Assembly (NCBI RefSeq): GCF_964355755.1
Contig: NC_092674.1
Coordinates: 11,842,001 to 11,906,000, forward strand
Origin: Antedon mediterranea
Lineage: Eukaryota; Animalia; Echinodermata
Direction of reading: 5' to 3'
DNA: 64,000 nt
Each line of letters begins with the position of its first letter. Positions within the stretch are counted from its first letter, which is position 1. Below are positions 48,901-62,288 of this stretch, piece after piece. The notes beneath the pieces are model-generated. The model saw nothing but the letters and a program-made list of their open reading frames with translations. It had not been told where the DNA came from and searched no databases. A program made the translations under genes and the position numbers.

Positions 48901-51900
48901 ACAAGCTCAATCCGACTATTGTAATCCATGTGTTTATAACTTCGTCATCTTTCCGTAACTGAAAAACAGTATAAACACAAATAAGCAATTCAAATAGCAA
49001 TTTCTTAACATAAATCAATCACCAATAAGAATGGTGTTTAAAATAGGATTTTTAAAAGAAAAAATATAAAATAAATGTGATTACCCAGTACAACATACTT
49101 GAGTTAACGTTAAAATCCTACGAAATTTTCTATAATGAATGAAAAAAAAAACCCTCAAGCATATCATATTTACCTCATTTTTTGAAATCTGCATTAACAC
49201 TGAAAAACTCGTCAGATGAGAACAGAAACAACGAACAAACCTCTCTGTGACATTTCGCACATGACAACCTCTTGTTGACCATTTGCTAATAATTTCAATT
49301 AAATAATAGATACGTTGATAACACCAGAGTCACTGTATGTTATTCTTTTTGTGGAATGATTAATGGTGACTAATTATCACAATTGAATATTACTACATCA
49401 CAAAGCTCCAATGCATTAAAATGAATTTGGCAACATCAATTGAGTGGAAGCACAAATACTTTACCTCGGTAGAAGATCAAAGAATACGCAATCATACTTC
49501 GCTTCATATTCTGAGGAATCCTATTATAAATAAAGAGTAACAATAATAAATATATCCAACATTTAAAAAAGGTCGCTTATAAAATATACAGATTGAGATA
49601 ATTATAAATTATGGCACTCATAAACTACAGATATTTTTTAAGGCTGATACATTGATATTACTTATCGAGCCTTTATGTACTGGTTTAAAAATGGTCAGGA
49701 CATAGGATTTTTATCTTACGTTTAGTGGAACAATTGGAAGAGAGTACATCACTTGGGCATCTACTTTGTCATTTTCTCTATAAATACTTATGGAGAGCAC
49801 ACCACTGACTAGGTATGAATGAACAACGTTCCCTGATGCTAATCCTCTAAAATTCCGTACAGAATAAAAACAAAAAAATTATGATGTGCATATAATATGA
49901 CAGCGAAAGTTATCAAAAAGAGCATTCTACAACGGAAAAATAGGTGAAATCACTATAAAAATATTGTTTAATGCAGAAGGTTTGTGAAATAGATAATGGG
50001 CATTCCCAAGAAGTCAATGTCTACAGAAAAAGAAATTGTAATTTATATGGATATAGTTGTAGTAAAAAAAGAACATCCTAGATCTTCTTACTGGAGAGGT
50101 TTTGGAATTTCGTTTTATAGTTTATTGAATACAAATGAGGTAATTGTACCGTAATTTAGTTTATTATTAGAATAGGCCTCGTTGAATTTAATACATACAC
50201 GGTGTTATCTAAAGGTACATCATTACCAGGCCCATTGAGCACATCGCCACTTTCAATATACATCAAAACCATTGCTAGATTACCTATTAAAAGAAGAATA
50301 AACGTTAATACTATTAGGCCCACACAACTGACATTTATGGCGCTATTCTGTCCAGAAGAATCTTAGCAAATAACAGAATAATACACTCCTTACCGCACTC
50401 TAGCAAGTTAAACACCTTTAGCAAAAAGCATGGCTTCCTTTTCAATATATGAACCTAATATTAAATTTCCAATGGAAAGTTTTAGTCTAAATCGTTTGAG
50501 GGTCACTTTAATGTTACTCTATTTATTATCTTCCAGATACGTAAGCAGGTTGAGATGAGGTTAGGGAGTTTTTGAGGTATGCGCTCTCCACATGGCTCTA
50601 CAAACTAAAAAAACACAAACTTTGAATAAATCTTAAACGTTTTACAATTTTCTCCCACTACGTAAGCAGGTTGAGATGAGGTTAGAGAGTTTTTGATGTA
50701 TGCGCTCTCCACATGGCTCTACAGACTAAATAAACACAAACTTTGAATAAATCTTAAACGTTTTACAATTTTCTCCCACTACGTAAGCAGGTTGAGATGA
50801 GGTTAGGAAGTTTTTGAGGTATGCGCTCTCCACATGGCTCTACAAACTAAAAAAACACAAACTTTGAATAAATCTTAAACGTTTTACAATTTTCTCCCAC
50901 TACGTAAGCAGGTTGAGATGAGGTTAGAGAGTTTTTGAGGTATGCGCTCTCCACATGGCTCTACAAACTAAAAAAACACAAACTTTGAATAAATCTTAAA
51001 CGTTTTACAATTTTCTCCCACTACGTAAGCAGGTTGAGATGAGGTTAGGGAGTTTTTGAGGTATGCGCTGTCCACATGGCTCTAAAAACTAAAAAAACAC
51101 AAACTTTGAATAAATCTTAAACGTTTTACAATTTTCTCCCACTACGTAAGCAGGTTGAGATGAGGTTAGAGAGTTTTTGAGGTATGCGCTTTCAATATGG
51201 CTCTACAGACTAAATAAACACAACCTTCGGATAAATCTTGAACGTTATACAATTTTCTCCCACTTACGTAGCGTAGCGTTCTTCTATATATACATTATTT
51301 TAAATTGACAATTTGGCAACCTGCTAAGTAAACAGTTTGATAATAAAAAGATACCTATGTCCAAAGTGAGTTAAAAGCATGGACGTTGAAAACGATATTG
51401 TTTGCCCACAGAGAAAGCAACTTCTTTAAGGAACACAAGAAGTCATGTTTTAATTTCGTTTTGCAATTTAAATGTTCAATATAAATCATACCAACCGTCA
51501 TTATCTGGAATCTGTACAGTAACAAAAGCTGATTGATTATACTTTGTATCGATTTCCTCCTTGATATTTGTCGCATTTCCAATCCATGATGCTGTTATGT
51601 CTGATATTGGTGAGATTAAATAACGTATGAAGAAAAGAAGAAAAGAATATATTAATCAAATACAAAAAGCAGTAGGCCTAATAGTTTTAACAAAATACTA
51701 TATTTTGTTTCCAATATCTTGGAAATAAAGATAATAAAATCAAACTTTGATTTGTAATTTTGTAGCTAAATTATTAAAAGGTATTCTAAAGAGAAAAGAT
51801 ATACAGAACATTACTTTTGCTTTATAAAAGGATGATTAAAAACTGTGACGTATTGTTTCCGGTTGGTTGACTATTTTTTAAAATTACTGTTTTATTGGGT

Positions 51901-54900
51901 AAATTTCATTGTGTTTTATTCCATTTTTGTTCTTACATTATTGGTGTATTTCATTAATGTAATGAATCAGTGAGGTTGTCCTAAAATATCACCAACTGCA
52001 TTGGTAGCTATACGGCCCAGGTAATGTACAGTACATACAGGTAACATATATACTCATTTCACCGTTATTTAAATGACGTTATTCATTGTTCTTTAATTAT
52101 CCTAACAGCAAACTATCTATAGTCCAAAGTTCCTGAATGTTTACAACCGTCGTCCAATAAAGATGAGATTAAAACTGCTTAAATGAGTTATATTGTTTAT
52201 TAATTGCATTTCAGTAATAAAATCTACTTTTTGTCTTACATTTTGATTCGTTTGTTAAGGTAATGTTTCCTTTCGAAGATGTCTTTAATAGATTCAAAAT
52301 GCGTGGTTCTTCTGACGCAATCCATGAAATCGGCGAAAAGTCTATCTAAAAAAAACAGTAACTATACTCATCTAAGGGTACGATACATTATCAGTGATGC
52401 CATTAAAGACACCATTAAACAAATAATAATTTATTCATCTTTTTCTTAAATTCTCTGGCAATAATCAAAATATATATAAATTAAAGTTTAAACACACAGA
52501 GAATTGCTTAGGGCCGTAAACGAAATACAAAACTATATAAACATAATTAAATGTTTGGACTTAAGTATGTGAAGAACCGTCTAAATTTCCTAATATATTT
52601 TTTAAGACGTAAATAATTGCAATCAATAAGTTTTACATAATAAATACCAATTATATATATATTAATATCTTCAATTCTCAAAATGTTATACTTGTGATAA
52701 AAGTGAGTCAACAAATAGTATAAACAAACCAGCTGATGGCACGAATTACGTTATTTTCAAGTCTTTAAAGTTCGAGAAGGTAAGTGGGATAAGCAGATTG
52801 TAAGAAGTTTGTGTGATAAAAAGTGACGAATTTTATAGTGCTGTAATATTTATATAAACCAGCACCTGATGATTTAAGAGCAACTGTTATCATCATTAAG
52901 CAGTCTGTGCAAATAAAATGTTGCAAGTTTTACTAGAGTTATTTATTTATCAATAAACTTACTTCATAAGTTTGTGTAGTGAGAAGCGAAATCTCTGTAA
53001 TCACGTCGGATGGAAACAGACCCGGAGTTCTTGTTTGTCTATGCACATCCAATTGAGATGACGTGTGTAATGAAGTTGAGCTATTTCCCATAACAAATCC
53101 TATTGACGTAATTTGCCAGTAATTTAAAAGAGTAAGAAAAGAATTCAATTAAAAATATATATGTAAACAGCCTTTTTTTAAACGACACGTCGACTGAAAA
53201 GCCAGAACTATTAGAGGATTCAAAATCATGGACGATACAGACAAAAGATCAATTATACAGTATTGAAAGTTAAAACATCTGTTGAGGCTCTACTCTAAAC
53301 ATCACAGAATCAATACATGATGCATACGTTTCCTTACCTGTCCTGTGAACTTGTAACTCCCGCTGACCCCCACACGTTTCCGTTTGTTTCCCTGGACATT
53401 GTAATTTACACTCGGTTTTGTTTACTCCTGTCATTGAGCCGACGTCATATAAGCATATACATTCATCACCACCTAATAGTGAGGCATAGGGCAGACTATG
53501 TCCATAGCAGTATTCAACGCACGTGTCAATATCCATGTCATCGGTACTTGTGTTATAATCAGTTAAAATGATTAAGGAAATGTAGCACCCTACATAATCA
53601 TCTAGAAATAAATAAAACATTGGAATTACATTTGGAATTTTTTAATTCTAAAATGTATATACTTTCTATTTTTATGTAACTTAAACGGTTGAGCCGCAAT
53701 TCGATTCTTATTATTATGACCACTTTTATGAATCTGTATTATTTTATGTGTATTTTTTTTTAAATAAAAGAACCAGAATACAATGTATAGGTTATTTTTA
53801 GAAGAATAAGTGTGCGACAACAAAGTAATACGCCGGTAATAGGAAGAAGAACTTAATTAGCCCAATCGTAAATCTCGATGTCCTGTTTATATAGTAAGGC
53901 GTTGTCATAAAACAAAATTAGTTAACTAGAAACGTTACCTCTGTATGGTATAGATAGAGAAGTTGATGATTCTACAAGACCTTTAATAGTAGATAAGAAA
54001 CAAAAGAACTTGTTACTCCAATTTACACTTGTAAAAATACGTGTTTAATAATTGAACAAATAAAAATAGGATGACTTAAACTTTGTCTAGTCTATCAAAT
54101 TAGTTGGACAAAATAGGTACGATGTGCCCAATTATGGTAATGATAATATAACGTCATCGTGTTAATATTATGTGCACACCACATTTTCCTTTCACATACA
54201 GTTTGATAAAAGTGAGCTTTAATCATGCTCTCTCAACAACAAACAATTACAAACATAAACAGAACACTTTTGGGTTTGTACACCAATAAAGTTACTTATA
54301 TCCATTTAACACGTAGACCAAATGTAAACAGTTTTAGTATGCATAAGGATCCTGCAACATTTACGAAAAATGGATGAAGTATGTAATAATAATAATAATA
54401 TTATTATAAATAATTTCATGAGCTGAAGGTCTACTTTCTACTTTATTATACTAACAGTTTTCTTTCTTTGCTATTGTCACGAACTCCCTTTACGTATGTT
54501 TCCGAGCTGTTGAAAATACTTTAGAAACTCCCGTGTGACATAAAAGTATACACAAAAAAATCTATAAAGTTGTCAAATAACTAAAAAAACAAAGCTTTAA
54601 TTTCAATCAACTTTAACTTTTAACAATCCAGTAAGCACTTTAAACAACAGCTTCAAGATAACTTTTACAATATAATATCCAACCTCTCATATCCAACAAC
54701 TTTCTTCATAAATTTCTTCAATCAAAAATCCTTCTCCCTTTTTATACAATTGTCATACTTCTCCTTATATACAATATGTTCAAAACCTTCTAGATCATTC
54801 CTTATACTTCTTATACTATTGGATTACAGTTTCTATTAATAGCATTTCTGGAATGTTCTTGATTTTTCTTATATTAATTATAGGCCTACATGGTTTCTTA

Positions 54901-57900
54901 AATCAAAACATCTTATTCTAGAATGTTCATGTAGATACTAAGTTACTGTATCTGTTAGGAATGGTAATTTATTACAGCTATACGTATCATAAAAACTTTC
55001 ACCTTACCACATTATTTCAAGAACAACACTCAACACTTTTGAACGAACATATGACTTACACACAAAAGCTATGAGAGGAGGCAGCTTATACGAGCAATAC
55101 TCTTTGCCTCCTTATTTTACTTAAGGTAAGCATCACTCACTTAAGGTAAGTTAATATTTATTATCTTTAACTGAATAAAATTATATTTAACATTGCATGA
55201 AAATAAAAAATTAATCTCCTACTTTAAGGATAGGCTAAACTATTCGAATGTGCAGCGCTTTAATTTGGTATGCGGAGTAGAACAACGTTACACAATAGAT
55301 TGGTTTCACACGCGTAGTAAACAGTAACTCTACTCAGATATGTTATAAAATAGAATACCGTATATGATAAACAGCATACATAGAGAATCGTGTATTATAA
55401 TAATTGATAATTACATAATATATAATTAATTATAATTGGTATCCTAGATAGGGAATGTTATATCAGAGTAATTTCTCAGACCTCGAAGCAATTATTGTCT
55501 GTTTTTGGGATAACGTCAAAATTAAAAGACGGACATTTTCCAAATTTAAACCACATAGATGGTTACAGACTAATCCTACACATCAAACTCCGCAGTGATT
55601 CTCCGGTGACACCCTGGCGGTGACCATTCACACCGACGAGAAACCAAGGAATGCAAATTTAATTAAGAACTACTTGTTATTATTATTATTAAATTTAGGC
55701 CCTACGTCATACTACAAGACAGATCTTAACCACATTCTAACGCATAGATAGATATGTGGTCCCGGAAGACTCCAATTAATTCTGGAGGCAATCCCGACCA
55801 GGATCCCAATTCTGGACCACATTTTATTATTATTTTTACTAATTTTGGCCGTACGCCAAAATCACAAGAAGGATGTTTATCATTATTCTTGATACTATAA
55901 TATTCTCTATTTTAGCAACTCTCTTGTTCGAGTATGTGGTTTGTCAGAATCAGTAGTTTGGAACACCCACCAAAAGCAAAAGAGAATGGCTGACAACGTA
56001 TTTCTACCTAACATTACAACAGTTGGCTAAACGTGTGGTAGTTGCTGCGCTGAATCATAAAGTACCATGTTTCTTTTAGTCCACCATTCGAATCCCATCG
56101 TAACGTGTTGGCTGGTTGGAATACATGTCGATAGCACTGAGATATTAAGCCGTTGGTCTCATATGTATGTTTAAAGTAGGCATACAATCTTCGAAAAGAG
56201 TTGGGGATCTATTCACGGCTTACTTCCCAATTCACCACCGAACCCGCCTGAACTAGTCTAAACATAGTTATGTCGAACTTTCGAAATAGCAGTTTTGTTT
56301 TATTTATTTTGTATTTTGCTATGTCAAAATTATATACATAAATTAAATACATAGTATTTTTGTTTTATTTTTTTTTAAATGTTTCTATGTCGAAATGTCG
56401 ACTTATACTTTTATGCATGTCGCACGATTGGTCTTCTTAAATTTTAGGTTTTTAAAAATAAATTTTATAACTTCCATTTTTTATATTTTAAATGTTTATT
56501 TAGATAAATGGCCATATACATGGCAAGCGTATGTTTGGCGCGCAATATTTATTATATATTTCTTTTTTTATTCGTAGTTATAGATATAATAATGGTTCAA
56601 TGTTGCAATCATATCCATCAAATCAAAGTTCAAAACCATTTAGTGTACCATTCCAAAAAGTGTTAATTTTCAGAAATTAGTATGACTGCTACAAATCTTT
56701 TACAAAATTCTTTAAAACTAATATTACTAACAAATGAAATAGTAGAAGAACACTGTTCATATTTGAAATATACTGAAATATTTAGGATTAAAAAGGATAA
56801 AAATAAGCATGTAACAGAAATGAAGCCGCAACGGATATTCTAACTTAAAAACGGAAATGACTTTAATATTTGATTTGAGTATGTCTATTGACCATAGTAA
56901 CATAGATATATAATGTAAATAACATAGGCCTAATAAAAATATAAAGATATACCAAGAAAGAGTTAAATTTGAAGAATGTAATTTAACTCTTCCTTGGATA
57001 TACATAATAACAAAAATTAATAACCTAATGTAATAAAATGTCTGGTTACTCACTAGAAGTTGACAAAAAGATGGTGGATAGACGGTGGATAATTTTTGCT
57101 ATAGCATTAAAATAAAACTCTGAAGTTGAATAACAAGGCCATATAAAGGTGTGTGGCGCAGTGTGGTGGACGTTGGACTACTGATCATGAGATCGCGGTT
57201 TGAATCCAACTCTGCCGCATTGCTTGTATCCTTAGGCAAACTGAATACTAGCTGCATTATGAGAGAATGTTTTTTGATGCAAAAATGTTGAGCGCTTCAG
57301 AGGTTTCACAACATTAGGAGCTATATAAATCCAGGATATTATTATTATAGACATGGCTCCAATTGCGTGCGCAAATTTGAGTTAGTGTTTACCGACCGAC
57401 AAACCGACCAACATAGTGAACTGTAGAGTCGCAACTAAAATACTAAACACGTAAAATTCAAGTTATATTACATATTTTTAGTTATCTTATAACATTTTTT
57501 ACCATACCGTTTATTTTTTATAGTTTTTAAAAAATGCCTTTCTATTTACAACATTTGTGTACACAAGAATAGAGATTTTACTGTGTAATTTGATATCCCT
57601 TCACTGATAAGAAAGTGCTTATTTTCAACAAGCTTGTGTGAAACAGATACAATCCCAAAAAATATAAAACATATAGGAAAAATATAGATCGATAATTATT
57701 GAAATTCATGATCAATAGAAATGTTTTGCCCGGCGCACCTGGCCTTCAAATCTCTAAACTTATGAACAAATAGGAAATTTATTAAAGATGAACATAATTT
57801 TTTGTAAAACGGCCTCTCCGTCCCGAAGATACTGGTGTTTTTTAACTTTGTACTGTATCTGTTTTGCGAAATTTCCTTTTTTTTGTTGTTATCAATTTTT

Positions 57901-60900
57901 TTCATGAATATTCATAAAATGCTGTAAATTATTATTTGTTATACTCATGTTTGAACACAAACGGCTGTTGTGTTGGTCGATCGGGAGGTTGCCTGGAATA
58001 TTTTTATAAAAATTAACAATATCAATGTTATTATCTTTGATCTATGTACTTATCTAATTTCACAATAATGTTGATTATGATATAGGTCAAGAGTTTTATC
58101 TTTAATGATGAATGAATATAAGAAATACTTTATTGTCCTTACGTACCTGTGCTGTGTATTTGCATGACGTGCCATCCCCCACACGTTTCTGTTGCTTTCC
58201 CTACACATTGTTTGTTACAATCGGTGTCGTGTACTCTGTCCATCGAGTTGAAATCATTTAAACAGATACAGATAAAACCGTAATACAGTGAGGCATAGTA
58301 CATACTATGTTCATAACAATAGTAGACACACATGTAAATATCCATATCTTTGTCTTCTAAAGAATATTCGGTATAATCATACAGAATTTCATGGTAGCAG
58401 CCTACATAATCATCTAAAAATAAGATTCCAATATTTTGAGAAAATAAAAAAAATATTTGAAAATTGACCGACTAAACGGCTGTAATAATAATTTACAGCA
58501 TGTTATGAATATTCATGAAAAATAATTTAAATGTCGCAAACAGATACAGTACAAACGTCATAACACCAGTATCTTCGGGACGGAGAGGCCATTTTGCAAC
58601 AAATAATTATGTTTATCTTTAATCAATTTTCTATTTGTTCTGTATTTGAAGAAAAAATAAATATTGATTTGTTTTTTTTTTAAATTGCCTTTCTTTCTTT
58701 TACAAAAACAAAAAAGAAAAAAAAAGCAAAAAATCAAGGAATCAGGCATTCACTTAGTCATCTCACTTTGTAAGTACTCTTAAATTGAGAGGGTGTCACT
58801 TACGAAAGCTAGTTTAAATTCGTTCCAGAATTGATGTCCAAGACAGGAACAGTAGGTGCATTGGTACTTTAATTTAAGTATCTATATAATTCAAGTTTTT
58901 TTTTCAGATACGTGTGAAAAAAAAAGTATTTACCTCTATAATAGGTCAAATCAGTTTGACGAAGTAAAGTTGTTCTTGGGGTTTCTGTAGTAAAGGCAGT
59001 GCTCGATCGTCTATCGCCTCAATTAAGAAAAAAAAATAAATATAGCTGCTGAGCAATGTACATATTACATGTATACGGCATGTGGCGCAGTGTTTCGACG
59101 TTGAACTATTGATCGTGAGTTCGAATCCAAAGCTCGTCGCATTGCTTGTGTTCTTAAACAAGATACTTTACTTACGTTTACCTCTCTCCACTCAAATGTA
59201 CAAATAGATATCTGGTATAGGTAAAAATATTATGGGAGTATGTTTCCAGACGTGTTTGATCCAAAAATATGACTGGGGTAATAATGAGGCTGTGTGCATT
59301 AAGGGCCCTACAGTGGTATGTTTTCTGATGATAAGGCCTACTATATTTTACAAACAAACTTAAATTTAAGTAAATAAAATTGGCAAACGATAACAAACCA
59401 ATCAAGATAATACACAATTATAAAAGGTACAATACTGAAATGTAAGCCTAATTTAAGTAAAGAGGTATTTAAAACAAAAACAAATTGTGTGTTACCAGGT
59501 GATGTTTATTTACACAAATGCTATTTAAAAGTTCAGTTCTACCAGGAGAGGCTTAAAGTGGAGCTACACTCTGACTTTCTCAGCTTAAAGAGGAGGACGA
59601 AGGGGTGTTGCCCCGGTTGCCCTGGCAACACCCTTAATTTCATACTAAATGTTTTTTGCTGCCACTAATTTAGATCCCATTTCATCATATTATTTATTAA
59701 CTATCAACGTTATAGTAACTCCCGTTGTCCCCCACAAGTTTCCGTTTGTTTCCCTGCACATTGGAATTTACACTCGGTATTGTTTACTCTAGTCATTGAT
59801 CCGACGTCATACAAACATATACATTCATCACCAACTAATAGTGAGGCATAGGGCAGACTATGTCCATATCAGTATTCGACGCACGTGTCAATATCCATGT
59901 CATCGGTCCTTGTGTGATAATCAGTTAAAATGATAAAGGAAATGTAACACCCTACATAATCTTCTAGAAATAAATAAAACATTGGAATTACGTTTGAAAT
60001 TTTGGAATTCTAAAATGTATATACCTTTTATGTAACCTAAAACGGTTGTGCTGCAATTCGATTCTTATCATTATGACCTCTTTTATGAATCTGTATTATT
60101 CTATATGTAATTTGTTTTAAATAAAAGAACCAGGATACAATGTCGTGTATAGGTTATTATTAATAGAAGACTAACTGTAGGACAACAAACTACTACGCCG
60201 GTTATAGGAAGAATAACTTATTTAGCCCAATCCTAAACCTGGATGTTTGATATAGTAAGGCGTTGTCATAAAACAAAATTAATTAACTAGAAACGTTACC
60301 TCTGTATGGTATAGATTGAGAAGTTGATGATTCTACAAGACCTGTAATAGTAGATAAGAAACAAAAGAACTTGTTACTCTAATTCACACTTGTAAAAATA
60401 CGTTTTTAATAATTTAACAAATAAAAAGATGATGACTTAAACTTTGTCTAGACTAACAAACTAGTTGGACAAAATTGGTACGATGTGCCCAATTATGGTA
60501 ATGATTTAACGTCATCGTGTCTATATTATGTGCACATCACTTTTTCATTTCACTATCTTATTTTACTCATCTTCAAATGTTGACAATTTAATTACTGGTT
60601 TATTTAAAATAAGTTATTGATTAATACCCTCAAATCTAATTACATATTATTCCATACTCCTAATCATAAATTAGAGATTGAATTTTCAGGTTGTATCACA
60701 TCAATGTAGACATTAACTGGATATTGATTAGAAGCAATACATCATTGTCCTTACGTACCTGTGCTGTGTATTTGGATGAAGTCCCATCCCCCACACGTTT
60801 CTGTTGCTTTCCCTACACATTGGTTGCTACAATCGGTGTCGTGTACTCTGTCCATCGAGTTGAATTTATTTAAACAGATACAGATAAAACCGTAATACAA

Positions 60901-62288
60901 TGAAGCATAGTACATACTATGTTCATAACAATAGTAGACACACATGTTAATATCCATCGCTACGTCTTGGAATAAATATTCGGTATAATCATACTGAAGT
61001 TCATGGTAGCAGCCTACATAATCATCTAAAAACACGATTCCAATATTTTGAAAAAATAAAAAAAAAATATTGGAAAATGGACCGACAAAACGGCCGTTTG
61101 TGTTCAAACATGAGTATAAAAAAATAATAATTGACAGCATTTTATAAATATTCATGAAAAAGAATTGATAACAAAAAAAGGGAAATGTCGCAAACCAGAT
61201 ACAGTACAAACGTACGTCATAACACCAGCATCTTCGGGACGGAGAGGCCGTTTTGCAACAAATTATGTTTATATTTTATCAATTTCCTATTTTTGTTCTG
61301 TATTTAAAGTAAAAAATTAATATTGATTTGTTTTTTTTTAATTAACCTTCTTTTTTTACAACACAAACAAAAATTCCAAAAATTAACAAGGAATCAGGCA
61401 TTCACTTGGTCATCTCACTTTGTAAGTCATCTTAAATTCAGCTGGTGTAAGTGAGGGTGACTAAGGAAAGAATTGATGTTCAAGACAGGAACAGTAGGTG
61501 CATTGGTACTTTAATTTAAAGCCCCATTCCCTACGTTTTTTAGATCTAATTTAAGATCACAAACTATATTTAATGTAAAAATAATACTATATGGTCCTAT
61601 TGCGATAACTTTTTTCGTCTTTAAACGGTTAAAAATGTGAAAAATAAGTCGATTTTAATAATTATAGCGGCCCGCTATAAATCCCAAAATGCATTGCGCG
61701 CGGATTGATATTTTTGTTTTTCACCTGTAATTCGCCCACTTTTCGATCGATCGTGAGGCCAAAACAAATGGAAGACTCCTAACTTTTCAGCGAAAATATC
61801 GGGTTTTCCCCAATTTGTATCAACGGAGTCTGGCAAAAATAGAAAGACAATTAATGCAGCAACTATACAACGTCAGGCTAGGTATATAGCTAGCGTACGA
61901 TGTTCGTACGTTACCGATGTTTACCAGCTAGGCCTAAAAAACTAAGCCTAGCCAGGCTAGGCCTAAGACCGTCCACGAGAGGTCGATCGCCGCGAGCTAC
62001 TTAGGTAGTGCATTGTTTCTCACTTTTTATCATAATTTACCATAAAACGTACATTTAAGACAAGGAATGACATGGTTTAATGTTTTTAAAGTGATATATA
62101 TGTATTATTTTCCAAAAAACGTCCAAAATTGCAGGGAAGGGGTCTTTAAGTATCTATATAATTCAAGTTATTTTTCAGATACGTGTGAAAAAACAAGTAT
62201 TTACCTCTATAATAGGTCAAATCAGTTTGACTAAGTAAAGTTGTTCTTGGGGTTTCTGTAGTAAAGGCAGTGCTCGATCGTCTATTTC
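45984..62288 (-). CDS. Adhesion GPCR copy B (WSC, GAIN/GPS, 7TM); first exon lies beyond the window
   Basis: Exons: 62288-62205, 61025-60759, 60341-60300, [dead WSC 59963-59715], 59017-58934, 58413-58147, 53980-53939, 53601-53338, 53099-52963, 52345-52240, 51600-51496, 50283-50199, 49846-49720, 49520-49465, 49285-49174, 48958-48855, 48667-48565, 48138-47921, 47691-47631, 47394-47291, 46961-46793, 46629-46558, 46034-45984. Lengths and phases match copy A except for a 21-nt deletion in the last exon. Confidence 0.85.
46793..48958 (-). CDS. aGPCR copy B 7TM exons
   Basis: Six exons near-identical to copy A 1092-4099; includes ORF 47875..48138. Confidence 0.9.
49174..49285 (-). CDS. aGPCR copy B GPS exon
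   Basis: Same GPS sequence as 4316-4427. Confidence 0.93.
50537..51264. repeat. Intronic minisatellite, about 121 bp x6
   Basis: Paralog of 5679-6284 with one more unit. Confidence 0.95.
53338..53601 (-). CDS. WSC domain exon, type 1 (copy B)
   Basis: Same peptide as 8315-8578. Confidence 0.92.
58147..58413 (-). CDS. WSC domain exon, type 2 (copy B)
   Basis: 267 nt; differs from copy A by V>M and S>V. Confidence 0.92.
59715..59963 (-). pseudogene. Dead WSC type-1 exon duplicate
   Basis: Diverged copy of 53338-53601 with Cys TGC>TGA (GAA TAC TGA TAT). Homology stops after ETCGGQREL and the donor site is missing. Confidence 0.85.
60759..61025 (-). CDS. Extra WSC type-2 exon (diverged, intact)
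   Basis: Within ORF 60751..61209; 267 nt, all Cys kept, AG and GT intact. Confidence 0.88.
61520..62145. mobile_element. Kolobok-type MITE
   Basis: TIRs AGCCCCATTCCCT / AGACCCCTTCCCT with a TTAA TSD on both sides. Single-TTAA empty sites at about 13856 and 58874. Confidence 0.85.

Larger units (their letters stand above)
45731..59545. repeat. Segmental duplication partner of 1-14534
   Basis: Direct alignment by eye; starts ttttatttacaaggggttatgatctacagg. Confidence 0.97.
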
